The notes below the pieces were generated by a model, which was not told the DNA's origin, made no database searches, and worked only from the letters and a program-made list of their open reading frames with translations. Of a stretch of DNA of 46,939 bases, positions 16,288 to 24,969 are shown piece after piece; the stretch's first letter is position 1; every line of letters begins with the position of its first letter. Position numbers and translations under genes: made by a program. The DNA is from a virus. Taxonomy: Duplodnaviria > Caudoviricetes. The stretch spans positions 1-46,939 of IMG/VR virus record IMGVR_UViG_3300033406_000010; one strand, 5' to 3'.

Positions 16288-16455
16288 AGGAACTCCATTT
16301 CCTGGTGCTGCGTTGAAACCCTGGCGCAAAAGTGGCGAGATCTCCCGCCGTCATCGGCGCTAATACTCATTTCTTCGATTATCTATGATCATCGTGGCGA
16401 TGGTGGGCCGAATGGCCACCCGAGGCACACCGGGGGGGCCAAGAATTCGTGTCAC

Positions 16456-16956
16456 CTAGTCGAGGCCGATCTTGTGTCTGGCCCAATCAGAGCGCGTCTC
16501 TGCATCATCTTCGCGCCCATTCTTGAATCGCCATTCCTCGTAATACTCGGGAATCATGCTCACGATCCTCACAGCTCGCATCCTCTCCTCGTTATCGCTC
16601 ATCGCTACTCGTCGCAATCTGGCGAGGGCTGCGGCCTCCAGGCGGAACTGATAGGGGGACCCGGGGCCATGGTAACGGGCCCAATCTTCGGCGGTTTCAT
16701 ACCGGATGAATGGGGTGTCGCTGGTGCTGCCAATGAGCACAGCGCGCCCCGCTGATACGATGGCCTCGACTTCGCAATCTAAGCCCAGCACAAAGGCCGC
16801 CACATCCTCCGGTACACCCCTGGAGCCATCCTCCCAGCGTCGCACGGTGCGTTCATGGTTGGTTTTCAGCAGGCCACTAGCCTGTAAGAGATCCGCCAGC
16901 GCCTGGGCGGAAAGGTTCAGGGATTCCCTGATGGTTTTAAGTTCTCCGCCGGTCAT
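16456..16956 (-). CDS. Aca2/YdiL (DUF1870)-like HTH regulator
   Basis: MTGGELKTIRESLNLS...RTVRRWEDGSRGVPEDV plus C-terminal IRYETAEDW...FRLEAAALARL, matching the Aca2 architecture. Confidence 0.7.
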   Translation of the reverse strand: MTGGELKTIRESLNLSAQALADLLQASGLLKTNHERTVRRWEDGSRGVPEDVAAFVLGLDCEVEAIVSAGRAVLIGSTSDTPFIRYETAEDWARYHGPGSPYQFRLEAAALARLRRVAMSDNEERMRAVRIVSMIPEYYEEWRFKNGREDDAETRSDWARHKIGLD

Positions 16957-17018
16957 GGTGTCCTCTGCAAAATGCCCCGGGCATTGCCCGGGGTGGTGGT
17001 GGGTGATGGGTGGTGGCT

Positions 17019-18152
17019 TCAGGCTGTCATGAAAAGCATGTTGGCGGCGATCTGTCGGGCCGTCGCTTCGGTGGCTGGCGTGGCCTTCGCCCACCAGCAC
17101 CCGCCGCGTTGTGACCACCTGAAGCCCTCAGCCTTGAGCAGTTCCCGGACTTCAGCCAGGGGAGGCTCAGGGAAACGGATTTCAATCCCGCCTTTGGCTT
17201 CGTTAGGGCTCCAGATGCAGGACTGGGGCAGGGCTGCGGGCTCTGCCTGGGGTTCGGGGGCAGGGGCTGGCACCAGGTCTGCGCCGTCTCGCCCGTGGAG
17301 GTATTCCCGCACGCCGCGCTGAAAATCGCCGTACCCTGCGCCCTTGGGAAGCTCCACGTACCACAAACGGCCCTGCTTCCAATCTTCCATGGTGAAGGCC
17401 TCGCCTGTATGGCCGTAGCGGGTGGCAAGGGTCGCCATGGCGTGGAGAATGGCGGATTCGGTGAATTCCCGAGTCGTTGAGGTGTATTTGGCAGATCCGA
17501 AGAGTTCACACCACACGCGGGCGGTGCCGCTTTTGTAGTTGTAAGAGTCGTCCATTCCGTCGAATCGGCCCGCCTCGTACTTGTCCAGGATGTCGTTTAC
17601 AGCGGCTTCTTTGGGGCCGTTGGTCCACTCAACATGGACAGAATTTCCACCGGAATACCGGCTGCTCCGCACGCTGAACTTGACGCCTGGGAATGTCCGC
17701 TTGAGTTCGGTTCGGATGTTCTGGGCTGCCAGGACTGGCCCTGCATACTCGCCATCCTTCACACGCTGAAGCCATGCATACTCAGAGGCTAGGCGATCCC
17801 TCAGATTGGCTTCGTCGCGGGCGGCCTGCTGAGCCTTGAATTCGTCGTCGATCTGCTTTTGCAATACCGCCGCAAGGGCTTCATGAATCTGCTCATCCGT
17901 GGCGACTTCGGGGAAGATCTGCCATTGGCATCCGCGCACGATGGCTTCAGGAACGCGGGACAGGGTGCCGTTCTCGAATGCGATTTCAAGATAGGCATTT
18001 CCACCGGCTACGACGGCGCCGCCGTGGAGGGAGCGGATGTTGGAGGGCTGTTGCTCCCCGATGATGGCGGCCACGATACCGCGCTTGCCACCATACAGGC
18101 CGCAGAAAACCCGCTGTCCGCGTGTGATTGGGGAAGTTTCATTCTTGCTCAT
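17019..18152 (-). CDS. Polyvalent protein (LPD30-like + LPD29-like + C-terminal GFRWS/WWA domain)
   Basis: GQRVFCGLYGGKRGIV...GCQWQI (LPD30-like); AAQNIRTELKRTFPGVKFSVRS...W.NGP...FDGMDD (LPD29-like); GGAGG RBS before the ATG at 18152. Confidence 0.75.
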   Translation of the reverse strand: MSKNETSPITRGQRVFCGLYGGKRGIVAAIIGEQQPSNIRSLHGGAVVAGGNAYLEIAFENGTLSRVPEAIVRGCQWQIFPEVATDEQIHEALAAVLQKQIDDEFKAQQAARDEANLRDRLASEYAWLQRVKDGEYAGPVLAAQNIRTELKRTFPGVKFSVRSSRYSGGNSVHVEWTNGPKEAAVNDILDKYEAGRFDGMDDSYNYKSGTARVWCELFGSAKYTSTTREFTESAILHAMATLATRYGHTGEAFTMEDWKQGRLWYVELPKGAGYGDFQRGVREYLHGRDGADLVPAPAPEPQAEPAALPQSCIWSPNEAKGGIEIRFPEPPLAEVRELLKAEGFRWSQRGGCWWAKATPATEATARQIAANMLFMTA

Positions 18153-18197
18153 GATTGCCTCCGTGAGGTATCCCCGACCGTGCCAGGGATGTTTGTA

Positions 18198-18232
18198 TGG
18201 TCCTAATTTAGGACCAAAATTCAGGGCGTCAA
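18198..18232 (-). promoter_or_regulatory. Sigma70 promoter with a palindromic operator over the -10
   Basis: TTGACG-16-TAAATT; perfect inverted repeat TGGTCCTAA-T-TTAGGACCA at 18198-18216. Confidence 0.75.
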
Positions 18233-18241
18233 TAGAAGTTT

Positions 18242-18730
18242 TCAGAATTCTTTTTGACATATGGAACATGCAATGGTTTCAGATAGTTCGGTTCTATTCG
18301 CCCACCACATCCCGCCCCGCCGATGAGACCAGGCAAAGCCATGACTGATCAGGGCCACTAGGTCAGCCTCAGTTAGGCCGGCATGGGAGACCTTGACCAC
18401 GGCGGCGGCGCGCTTGGCGTTCCAACGTGGGCCCGCTGTGTGCAGCTCCTGGGCATACTCGCTGGCGAGGCGTTCTGTATCGCGCTCCCATGCCTCCAGG
18501 GCGGCGGATTCCATGCGGGCCTGGGTTTCCCTGGCCTCGTCCCAACTCCAGAGGCCTGAAACGGTCACAGCCTGGCGCAAGACTCGCTTGGCCCGGTGGG
18601 CCTGATCGCTGCGCCGTGCAGGGCCGCGCCCCATGCCGCGCTGTTTGCGCCATTCATCGGTGCCAAACTCAACGGGCATGCTTGCCCTGTATCGCTGGTT
18701 ATCGCCTGCGCCCTGTATGGCCTGGATCAT
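18242..18730 (-). CDS. Hypothetical protein with a C-terminal GFAWS/WWA domain
   Basis: G-rich RBS before the ATG at 18730; C-terminus similar to that of 17019-18152. Confidence 0.65.
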   Translation of the reverse strand: MIQAIQGAGDNQRYRASMPVEFGTDEWRKQRGMGRGPARRSDQAHRAKRVLRQAVTVSGLWSWDEARETQARMESAALEAWERDTERLASEYAQELHTAGPRWNAKRAAAVVKVSHAGLTEADLVALISHGFAWSHRRGGMWWANRTELSETIACSICQKEF

Positions 18731-18771
18731 GTGCCCCCCTGAGGTCGCCCCGGCCTGGCCAGGACACCCCA

Positions 18772-18800
18772 AGGCTAGGCAGCAAGCAACACAGGTGCAA
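18772..18800 (-). promoter_or_regulatory. Sigma70 promoter next to cos
   Basis: TTGCAC-17-TAGCCT with an upstream A-tract. Confidence 0.55.
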
Positions 18801-18904
18801 GAGCTTTTTTTTCTCTCTCACGCGTGCCTGTGTGCGTGTGCGTCCGTCCCCGCGCCTGTCCCCGCGCCCGCGTGAGGGGGGCTCCAGGGCGGCCCCCCCG
18901 GCCC

Positions 18905-18996
18905 GGGTCCTCCCCCGGGGGGTGGCCCGACAGGGTATCGCGCTAGACCCCTTGGTTTGCCTAGCGACAGGCTTTGGAACCCCCATTTCCGGTTTG
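18905..18996 (+). other. Lambda-like cos site (cosQ, cosN, start of cosB)
   Basis: GGGTCCT (lambda cosQ) at 18905-18911, CCGACAGG, dyad GGGT-ATCGCGCTAG-ACCC (18933-18950), then TTTCCGGTTT, in lambda order; phage encodes a Nu1/gpA-type terminase. Confidence 0.7.
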
Positions 18997-19091
18997 GTCT
19001 TGGGGATGGTCGTCGGAATGGGGGTTGATGATGTAGCGATTATGTGTTGTTGGGGAATGGGTTAGGCCTTCATTTATAGTGCTGGATTTGA

Positions 19092-19140
19092 TTTCCCCAA
19101 AGTGTTTGGGGAAAAACTCCTGGGGTCGAGGGCTGACGCT
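19092..19140 (+). promoter_or_regulatory. Activator-type promoter, copy 2 (lysis/terminase operon)
   Basis: Perfect palindrome TTTCCCCAAA-GTG-TTTGGGGAAA, 20 bp, GACGCT. Confidence 0.7.
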
Positions 19141-19243
19141 GGGGACTGGAGGCGAGGAATGCCAAGTCCCAGCAAAGAGAAGACCCAAAAAGCCATGGCC
19201 GGAAAGCAGACCGGAAACGAAGCGGAAATTTCGGGAGGAAACC

Positions 19244-19816
19244 ATGCCTCTCACCGTTGAAGAGATCGCCAAAGCCACCCGCAGCCCCCTGGCAGCAGTG
19301 AAGCAGATCTGGCCCCTCGTTTTGGCAGCGCTTGACGAGTTCAAGATCAACACCGACCTGGTGCAAGTCGCCGCCGCCGCCACCATCGCCATCGAGACCG
19401 CCCGGACCTTCCAGTCCATCCATGAACGGGGTGGAGATGCCTACCTGAACCGCATGTATGACACCGGAGCCGCCGCAATCCGGCTGGGGAACACCCCCGA
19501 GGCCGATGGAGACGGCGCCCGGATGGCCGGAGACGGCCTGATCCAGATCACCGGCCTCTCAAATCGCCTCTACTTTGGGCAGCTCCTGGGCGTCGATCTC
19601 GTGAACAAGCCCGAGAACGCCCGCGAACCCACCATTGCCGCCCGCATTCTGGCCGCCTATTTCGCCAAGCGTGGCGTGGCCACCGCTGCCAACGCCAAGA
19701 ATTGGATCAAGACCCGGATCCGCGTCAACGGCATCAACCGAGCCACCGGCCTTCCCAACGGATGGCAGGAATACGACCAGTGCGTGGGCGCTCTGCTCGC
19801 CGTCATCGGTGAGTGA
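19244..19816 (+). CDS. Endolysin, GH19 lysozyme-like
   Basis: ATIAIET...E, LGNTPEADGDG...GDGLIQITG.SN, RVNG...NG; GGAGG RBS. Confidence 0.88.
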   Translation: MPLTVEEIAKATRSPLAAVKQIWPLVLAALDEFKINTDLVQVAAAATIAIETARTFQSIHERGGDAYLNRMYDTGAAAIRLGNTPEADGDGARMAGDGLIQITGLSNRLYFGQLLGVDLVNKPENAREPTIAARILAAYFAKRGVATAANAKNWIKTRIRVNGINRATGLPNGWQEYDQCVGALLAVIGE

Positions 19817-19914
19817 CCGATGCCCACCCCCAGCCCAGCCGACCCCTACGCCGAGGACTACTACCACAACAACCCCTACGGACTCCCCGAACCCCCCAGC
19901 CCACGGAGACCTGA

Positions 19915-20322
19915 ATGCCCGCAACCCCATTGAATCCATCCGCCCTCAACAACATTGGCCCCCGGATGAACATCCTGGACCTGACCAACGGCAACGGACC
20001 AGTTACCGCCATCGGCAAAGGCCCGTGGCTTGCCAATCCCTTCAACCTCGCCTCGGTCCACCTCTTGCTGACCGGCCCCGCAGGCTCATGCAACGCCGCA
20101 GTCATCATCGAGGGTACCAACCGTCCGGATATCGGTGATGGCGGGCCAGTTCCCCTCTTCACCTCCGATCCCAACGCCGCTCGCCCCGGAACCCTCACCG
20201 ATGACGGGACCGGCGACGCCGGGTCTCTGATGGGCATCTCCGCGTACGTCCGCTACAACTGCACCGCCATAAGCGGATCTGGCGCCGCCGTCTATCCCAC
20301 CCTCTTCGGAGAGCCCCGATGA
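19915..20322 (+). CDS. Small beta-sandwich-like protein
   Basis: VIIEGTN...YVRYNCTAISG pattern; coupled to the next gene. Confidence 0.6.
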   Translation: MPATPLNPSALNNIGPRMNILDLTNGNGPVTAIGKGPWLANPFNLASVHLLLTGPAGSCNAAVIIEGTNRPDIGDGGPVPLFTSDPNAARPGTLTDDGTGDAGSLMGISAYVRYNCTAISGSGAAVYPTLFGEPR

Positions 20323-22493
20323 AGCGCCTCCTCGCCCTCCTCCTGGTCCTCTGCATCCCACTGCTGTCCCAGGTCAACCCCGGCGTCGGAAATCCAGCCG
20401 CCGTTAGCGCTACCTATAAGCCCACCGGGGCCACCACCGCCGTACGCTACGACGCGGCCCTGGCCGATCTAGGGGTCAAACCTGAATCGTACGGTGCCAG
20501 GGGCAACACGACCACCGACGATTACGCCGCCCTGGGCCGCGCAATCGCAGGGGCCACCGATCGCCCCATCACCCTCACGCGGCCCTATCGCGTGGCGAGC
20601 AACCTGACCTTCCCGGCCACCTGTAGCGTGACCTTCGCGCGGGGCGGTTCGCTGGTGATCGACTCCGGGGTAACCGTCACCTTCAACGGCAACGTCAATG
20701 CGGGCCTGCATCGGATCTTCAACGGCTCTGGCACGGTGGCATTCGGCCCGTCTTCTGTCGCGGAAGTGTACCCCCAGTGGTGGGGTGCCCTGGCAGACAC
20801 CAGCGCCGCCAACAGCTACCACGGCACGGACTGCACCGCCGCCATTCAGTCAGCCCTCGATACGCTTAAACCGGTGCGCTTTACGGATGGAGGCTACTAC
20901 GTCAGCGCCTCTCTAAAGCTGCCAGACCAGACCAGCCACCCCTATAAATCCAGCGCCCTGATCGGCGTGAATAGCAACAAAAACGGCATGTCTGAGCGCG
21001 GCAACTGCTTCATTGAAGCCGCAACGGACCCACTCTTTGAGCCGAAAACGACCTTTGTAACGACCTGCCCGACGACTCGGGTTCATATCCGAAACCTCTG
21101 TTTCCAAAGCCATAACCTCGGCACCACGATGTTCAAAAACATCGCGTATTCGGGCGGGATCTTTGAAGACAACCTCGTGGTGGGCTTCGGACAGGTCTTT
21201 TCGACCACCAGTGCTGTAGCCGTCATCCGAAACAACAAATTCATCGGGCAGAGGGATAGCGTTCTGAAGCCCCAATCCAACAACTATTCGGCTGATACAT
21301 GGTGGGTCAATAACTACTTCAATGGAGATCCAGCCCAAGCCAGTGTTGTCCTGGTCAACCTCCTAGGTTCGGCATCCTGCCACTTCATAGGAAATTATTG
21401 GGATTACGCCGCCACGGGGATTTGGGTCAACCAGTGCTACGGCACGGCAGGCAAAAACGAAATCAGCGGCAACACCTTCGACATCTTGGGCGAGGCCATC
21501 AAGCTCTCCAACGTGTCCGAACTGAACATCAGTTCCAACACCTTCAGGCGGTCTCAATACTCCGGCAAGGCCACCTACCTCCCCAATTGCAGCATTGCAA
21601 CGCCCTGGTCGGCAATCAAGTTCACGGATAACGTCCACACGACAACCATTGTTGGCAACACCTATTCCGACTGCGACAAATTCATGTATTTCGCGTCAGG
21701 CGGGAGTGGCTATTACAACCTGTTCGAGGATGGCAACAGTGGTCTTGGCTGTGTGGCGGTGGACAGCACGTACCTCAATCCAGGACTATCAAGCTACCCC
21801 TTGGGCGGGACCTCTATCCGCCTCGGCAGCCGGGACGCCTGGGTATTCCCATCCGCTGGGGCCATACGGGACATCCAGACCGATTTCCTGGGCGGAGCCG
21901 TATCGGATCTCCCCTGGCAAACCACCCTGGTTTCCAGTGGCACCGTCTCGAATGGGACCAGCGTTGCTGGCCATGAGGGCATCGCCCGCATCACCAGCGC
22001 GGCCTCCGGATCGTCCGGCGCGGCCTACCTGACTGCTGCAACCCAGGTTGTCTCAGGGGGAGAATCCAGCGGCATCGTGTTTCAGGCCGTCAGCACTACC
22101 AACTTGCTCATGCGATTTGGTTGGGCAAATGCTCTGAGTGGCACCATCACGGACGGCATCTATGCCGAAATCAGCGGCACCACGCTCTCTGGGAAATCAG
22201 CGACCACCTCTGTGGCGGGCGCAACAGGAAGCACCTACACCCTGGCCGCTGGCACCTGGTATCACCTGGTCGTACGCAAAAACACCAGCACGGCCTACGG
22301 TCAATATGCCCTTTACGACATGGCCGGGAACCTGCTTTGGACGGACCTCATCTCCGGGACCACCATCATCTCCACCGTGCCCATGCAGCATGGCGTCTAT
22401 GCCGCCAACACCTCCCCCAGCGCGGCGACGGCGATGGTCGATGTGGATTGGATGGGCCTCTCCCTGAACCACACCCCGGCACGGGGGCGGTGA
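20319..22493 (+). CDS. Beta-helix (pectate lyase-like) depolymerase/spike protein with a Sec-type signal peptide
   Basis: MKRLLALLLVLCIPLLSQ; YGARGN...DDYAAL and WWGALAD...DCTAAIQSAL starts; ISGNTF, ISSNTF, IVGNTY repeats. Confidence 0.78.
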   Translation: MKRLLALLLVLCIPLLSQVNPGVGNPAAVSATYKPTGATTAVRYDAALADLGVKPESYGARGNTTTDDYAALGRAIAGATDRPITLTRPYRVASNLTFPATCSVTFARGGSLVIDSGVTVTFNGNVNAGLHRIFNGSGTVAFGPSSVAEVYPQWWGALADTSAANSYHGTDCTAAIQSALDTLKPVRFTDGGYYVSASLKLPDQTSHPYKSSALIGVNSNKNGMSERGNCFIEAATDPLFEPKTTFVTTCPTTRVHIRNLCFQSHNLGTTMFKNIAYSGGIFEDNLVVGFGQVFSTTSAVAVIRNNKFIGQRDSVLKPQSNNYSADTWWVNNYFNGDPAQASVVLVNLLGSASCHFIGNYWDYAATGIWVNQCYGTAGKNEISGNTFDILGEAIKLSNVSELNISSNTFRRSQYSGKATYLPNCSIATPWSAIKFTDNVHTTTIVGNTYSDCDKFMYFASGGSGYYNLFEDGNSGLGCVAVDSTYLNPGLSSYPLGGTSIRLGSRDAWVFPSAGAIRDIQTDFLGGAVSDLPWQTTLVSSGTVSNGTSVAGHEGIARITSAASGSSGAAYLTAATQVVSGGESSGIVFQAVSTTNLLMRFGWANALSGTITDGIYAEISGTTLSGKSATTSVAGATGSTYTLAAGTWYHLVVRKNTSTAYGQYALYDMAGNLLWTDLISGTTIISTVPMQHGVYAANTSPSAATAMVDVDWMGLSLNHTPARGR

Positions 22494-22792
22494 TGGATCT
22501 CGCCACACTTCCCCTCGTCACCCGCCTCCTGCGCCAGGACTGCCCCGAATCCACCAAGCGGGCCCTGGCCCTCATGTCAGGAGCAACCCTCTGCTTCTGC
22601 CTGGTGATCCTCACCCTGGCCATCTGGTATCAGGCCGTGATGGATGGCGCCGTGAACGGAACCCTCTACATGGCCCATCTCTCCACCTCGGCCACCGTCG
22701 GCGTACTGGCGGGCGTGGCCTACCGGAAAAAGGAAGAGAGCAATGCGCAAACCACGCCCCCGGGAGCCCCGGACCAAGGGGAGCAGCCATGA
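22493..22792 (+). CDS. Holin-like two-TM protein
   Basis: Two hydrophobic helices and charged tail YRKKEE; in lysis cassette. Confidence 0.6.
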   Translation: MDLATLPLVTRLLRQDCPESTKRALALMSGATLCFCLVILTLAIWYQAVMDGAVNGTLYMAHLSTSATVGVLAGVAYRKKEESNAQTTPPGAPDQGEQP

Positions 22793-23415
22793 TGACCCGC
22801 GTTTGGCTGATGATTGTCGCCATTGCCCTTGTCAGCGGTACTGCGGCGGGGATAAGTCTCGGTTACCACTTGGGCAAGCCGGTGACCGGCAAAGCCGAGC
22901 CCCCCGCCGCAGCAATCCGCCAGCAGGACCAGAGCTACATCCCCCCGCGCATCCCCAATCCTGCCGCCAAACCCCGGCAGATCATCCCCCAGGGAGCCGT
23001 GGTGGAGCGCATCTCCCAGGTGCAGCTCCAGCCATTCGACGCGGATCCGCTCCCAACGCCTGGCGAACCCCCGCAGGACAAGGCAAGCCCAGCGGATGGA
23101 AAGACCAAACCCCTGACCCTGGACCTGACCCAAGTTCTCATGCCGGATCAGACCCGGAGGATGATCTTCAGCAGCCCTGATGGCCTAGTGAGCGGCGGCT
23201 TCGAAACCCCCGTCACCCCCATCCAGGTACCCAGGGAACGCCACTGGGCCATAGGCCTCACCGGAAGCCCCATCCAGCGAACCCTGGGCGTCTGGGTGGA
23301 CTACACCACCGGCCCCTGGGTGACCGGCGGGGAAGCTCTTCGTGTTCTTGAGTCCCCCCTGGGCTGCGACCGCGCCCAGACCCTCATCAACGCCCGCGTG
23401 GGCATTCAATTTTAG
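22789..23415 (+). CDS. Membrane-anchored lysis accessory protein (spanin candidate)
   Basis: N-terminal TM, Pro-rich linker, amphipathic beta strands ending in ARVGIQF. Confidence 0.5.
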   Translation: MMTRVWLMIVAIALVSGTAAGISLGYHLGKPVTGKAEPPAAAIRQQDQSYIPPRIPNPAAKPRQIIPQGAVVERISQVQLQPFDADPLPTPGEPPQDKASPADGKTKPLTLDLTQVLMPDQTRRMIFSSPDGLVSGGFETPVTPIQVPRERHWAIGLTGSPIQRTLGVWVDYTTGPWVTGGEALRVLESPLGCDRAQTLINARVGIQF

Positions 23416-23423
23416 GGGTTCCC

Positions 23424-23663
23424 ATGAACGTCGCCAACTGGCTGACCATCATCGTCCTTGTGGCCGGGGCAGTGGGTGTGATCCTGCGCTCCCAGTCCAA
23501 CCTCATCACCCGCCTGCTGGCAAATGAGTGGAACACCATGAAGGAACGCCAAGATTGGCTCGAAGAACGCCAGGACGACGCAGAGAAAGACCAGCATGAG
23601 ATCGATACCAGGCTCTCCATGGTTGAAAAGGCCTGCTCCATCCGGCACGGGATCACCCCATGA
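23424..23663 (+). CDS. Single-TM coiled-coil protein (holin-associated type)
   Basis: N-terminal TM followed by a charged coiled coil. Confidence 0.6.
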   Translation: MNVANWLTIIVLVAGAVGVILRSQSNLITRLLANEWNTMKERQDWLEERQDDAEKDQHEIDTRLSMVEKACSIRHGITP

Positions 23664-24448
23664 TCCGCTACTCCTACAACCCCGATGCCATCGTGGCCAC
23701 CTTCGATGACGCCGCCGTGCGCCAGGTTCCCTTTGGCATGGCGAGGGCCCTGAACTGGATGGCCAACGAGGCCCAGGCCGCGCAACGATCGGGGATGATG
23801 GATCGCTTCAACATCCGGCGCGCCGATTGGAATATGCGGGCCATCAAGATCGACAAGGCCGACCGCGCCACCAAGACCTCCTGGCGCGTGATCATGCAAG
23901 TAGACCCCCGGGCTTTCCACCTCGACAAGTTCGAGGAAGAAGGCATCCACGAACCCTTCAACGGTCGGCACTACCTTTGGGTTCCCAACGAGGCCGTATT
24001 CAAGAACCGCATCATCCGCGCAGATGACCTCCTCTACCCCAAGAAACTCCAGTTGGGGCACGTCCAGGGCCCCAAAACGAAGGGAAGCAAGAGTGAAGGC
24101 TATGCCATCCGTGGCCTTCAGCGCACCTTCATGATCAAGACCGCCAACGGCCCCATCGTCCTTCAGCGCACCGGTAGCGCCTCCAGCCGCCCCCTCCTCT
24201 CCGAATCCACCAAGCGCCTCAACAAGCTGAGCCTCGACAACTACGGCAGCAGTGCCCGCTACCGCATCCGGCGCTGGAAAAAGAACACCGAAGACACCAC
24301 CCGCAAGCTCTACCAGCTCAAGGAGCGCGTCACCGTGCCCCTCAAGCTGGAGTTCTTCCCCACCATTCAGAACACCGTCCAGGCCCGGGGAGAAATCCTC
24401 TTCCGCAAGTCCATGGATATGGCCCTTTCCAGTGCGAGGCGACGATGA
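23660..24448 (+). CDS. Basic gpZ-like (minor tail completion) protein
   Basis: RQVPFGMARALN N-terminus; position immediately before terS. Confidence 0.55.
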   Translation: MIRYSYNPDAIVATFDDAAVRQVPFGMARALNWMANEAQAAQRSGMMDRFNIRRADWNMRAIKIDKADRATKTSWRVIMQVDPRAFHLDKFEEEGIHEPFNGRHYLWVPNEAVFKNRIIRADDLLYPKKLQLGHVQGPKTKGSKSEGYAIRGLQRTFMIKTANGPIVLQRTGSASSRPLLSESTKRLNKLSLDNYGSSARYRIRRWKKNTEDTTRKLYQLKERVTVPLKLEFFPTIQNTVQARGEILFRKSMDMALSSARRR

Positions 24449-24969
24449 CCCGCTTCGCCTCCCAGGAAGTCACCCAGCAGGAGCTTGCCGAAATCATCGG
24501 CATCACCGACCGGCAGCTCCGCAACCTCAAGACCACCGTGCCCGCCAAGGGCAAACGCGGCACCACCCTCGTCTACGACCTGGTGCCCTCCGTCCAGGCC
24601 TTCATCGCCTACGTCCAGAACACCGTCGAGACCCGCATCACCGACAAGGACATCCAGGCCTACAAGGGCCGGGGAGAGATTGCCCGCGCCAAAAGGGATG
24701 AGCACCTCGAACGCATCGCCAAAGTCGAGGCCGACAAGGCCGAAGGGACCGTGGCCGAAATCGCCCTGGTGGCCAAGTTCGTGGGCGAGAACAACGAGCG
24801 CATCCGCGCCAAGTTCCTGGCGCTCCCCTCCAGCGTCAGCCCCAGCGTGACCGGCCTCAAGAGCGTGGCCAAGGTCGAAGCCATCCTCACCCGGGCCGTG
24901 GATGAAGCTCTGTCCAACCTGGCGGAGTGGGAAGGCGGGATCGATCCATGTCCCACCCTGGAGGGGTAG
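24445..24969 (+). CDS. Terminase small subunit (Nu1-like)
   Basis: VTQQELAEIIGITDRQLRNL wHTH, YDL, coiled coil, LALPS. Confidence 0.88.
   Translation: MTRFASQEVTQQELAEIIGITDRQLRNLKTTVPAKGKRGTTLVYDLVPSVQAFIAYVQNTVETRITDKDIQAYKGRGEIARAKRDEHLERIAKVEADKAEGTVAEIALVAKFVGENNERIRAKFLALPSSVSPSVTGLKSVAKVEAILTRAVDEALSNLAEWEGGIDPCPTLEG

Noticed and set aside
19820-19933. 37-aa Pro/Tyr-rich ORF after the endolysin (possible lysis peptide)
   Set aside because: No lipobox or TM, weak RBS and no recognisable motif; cannot be supported from sequence alone
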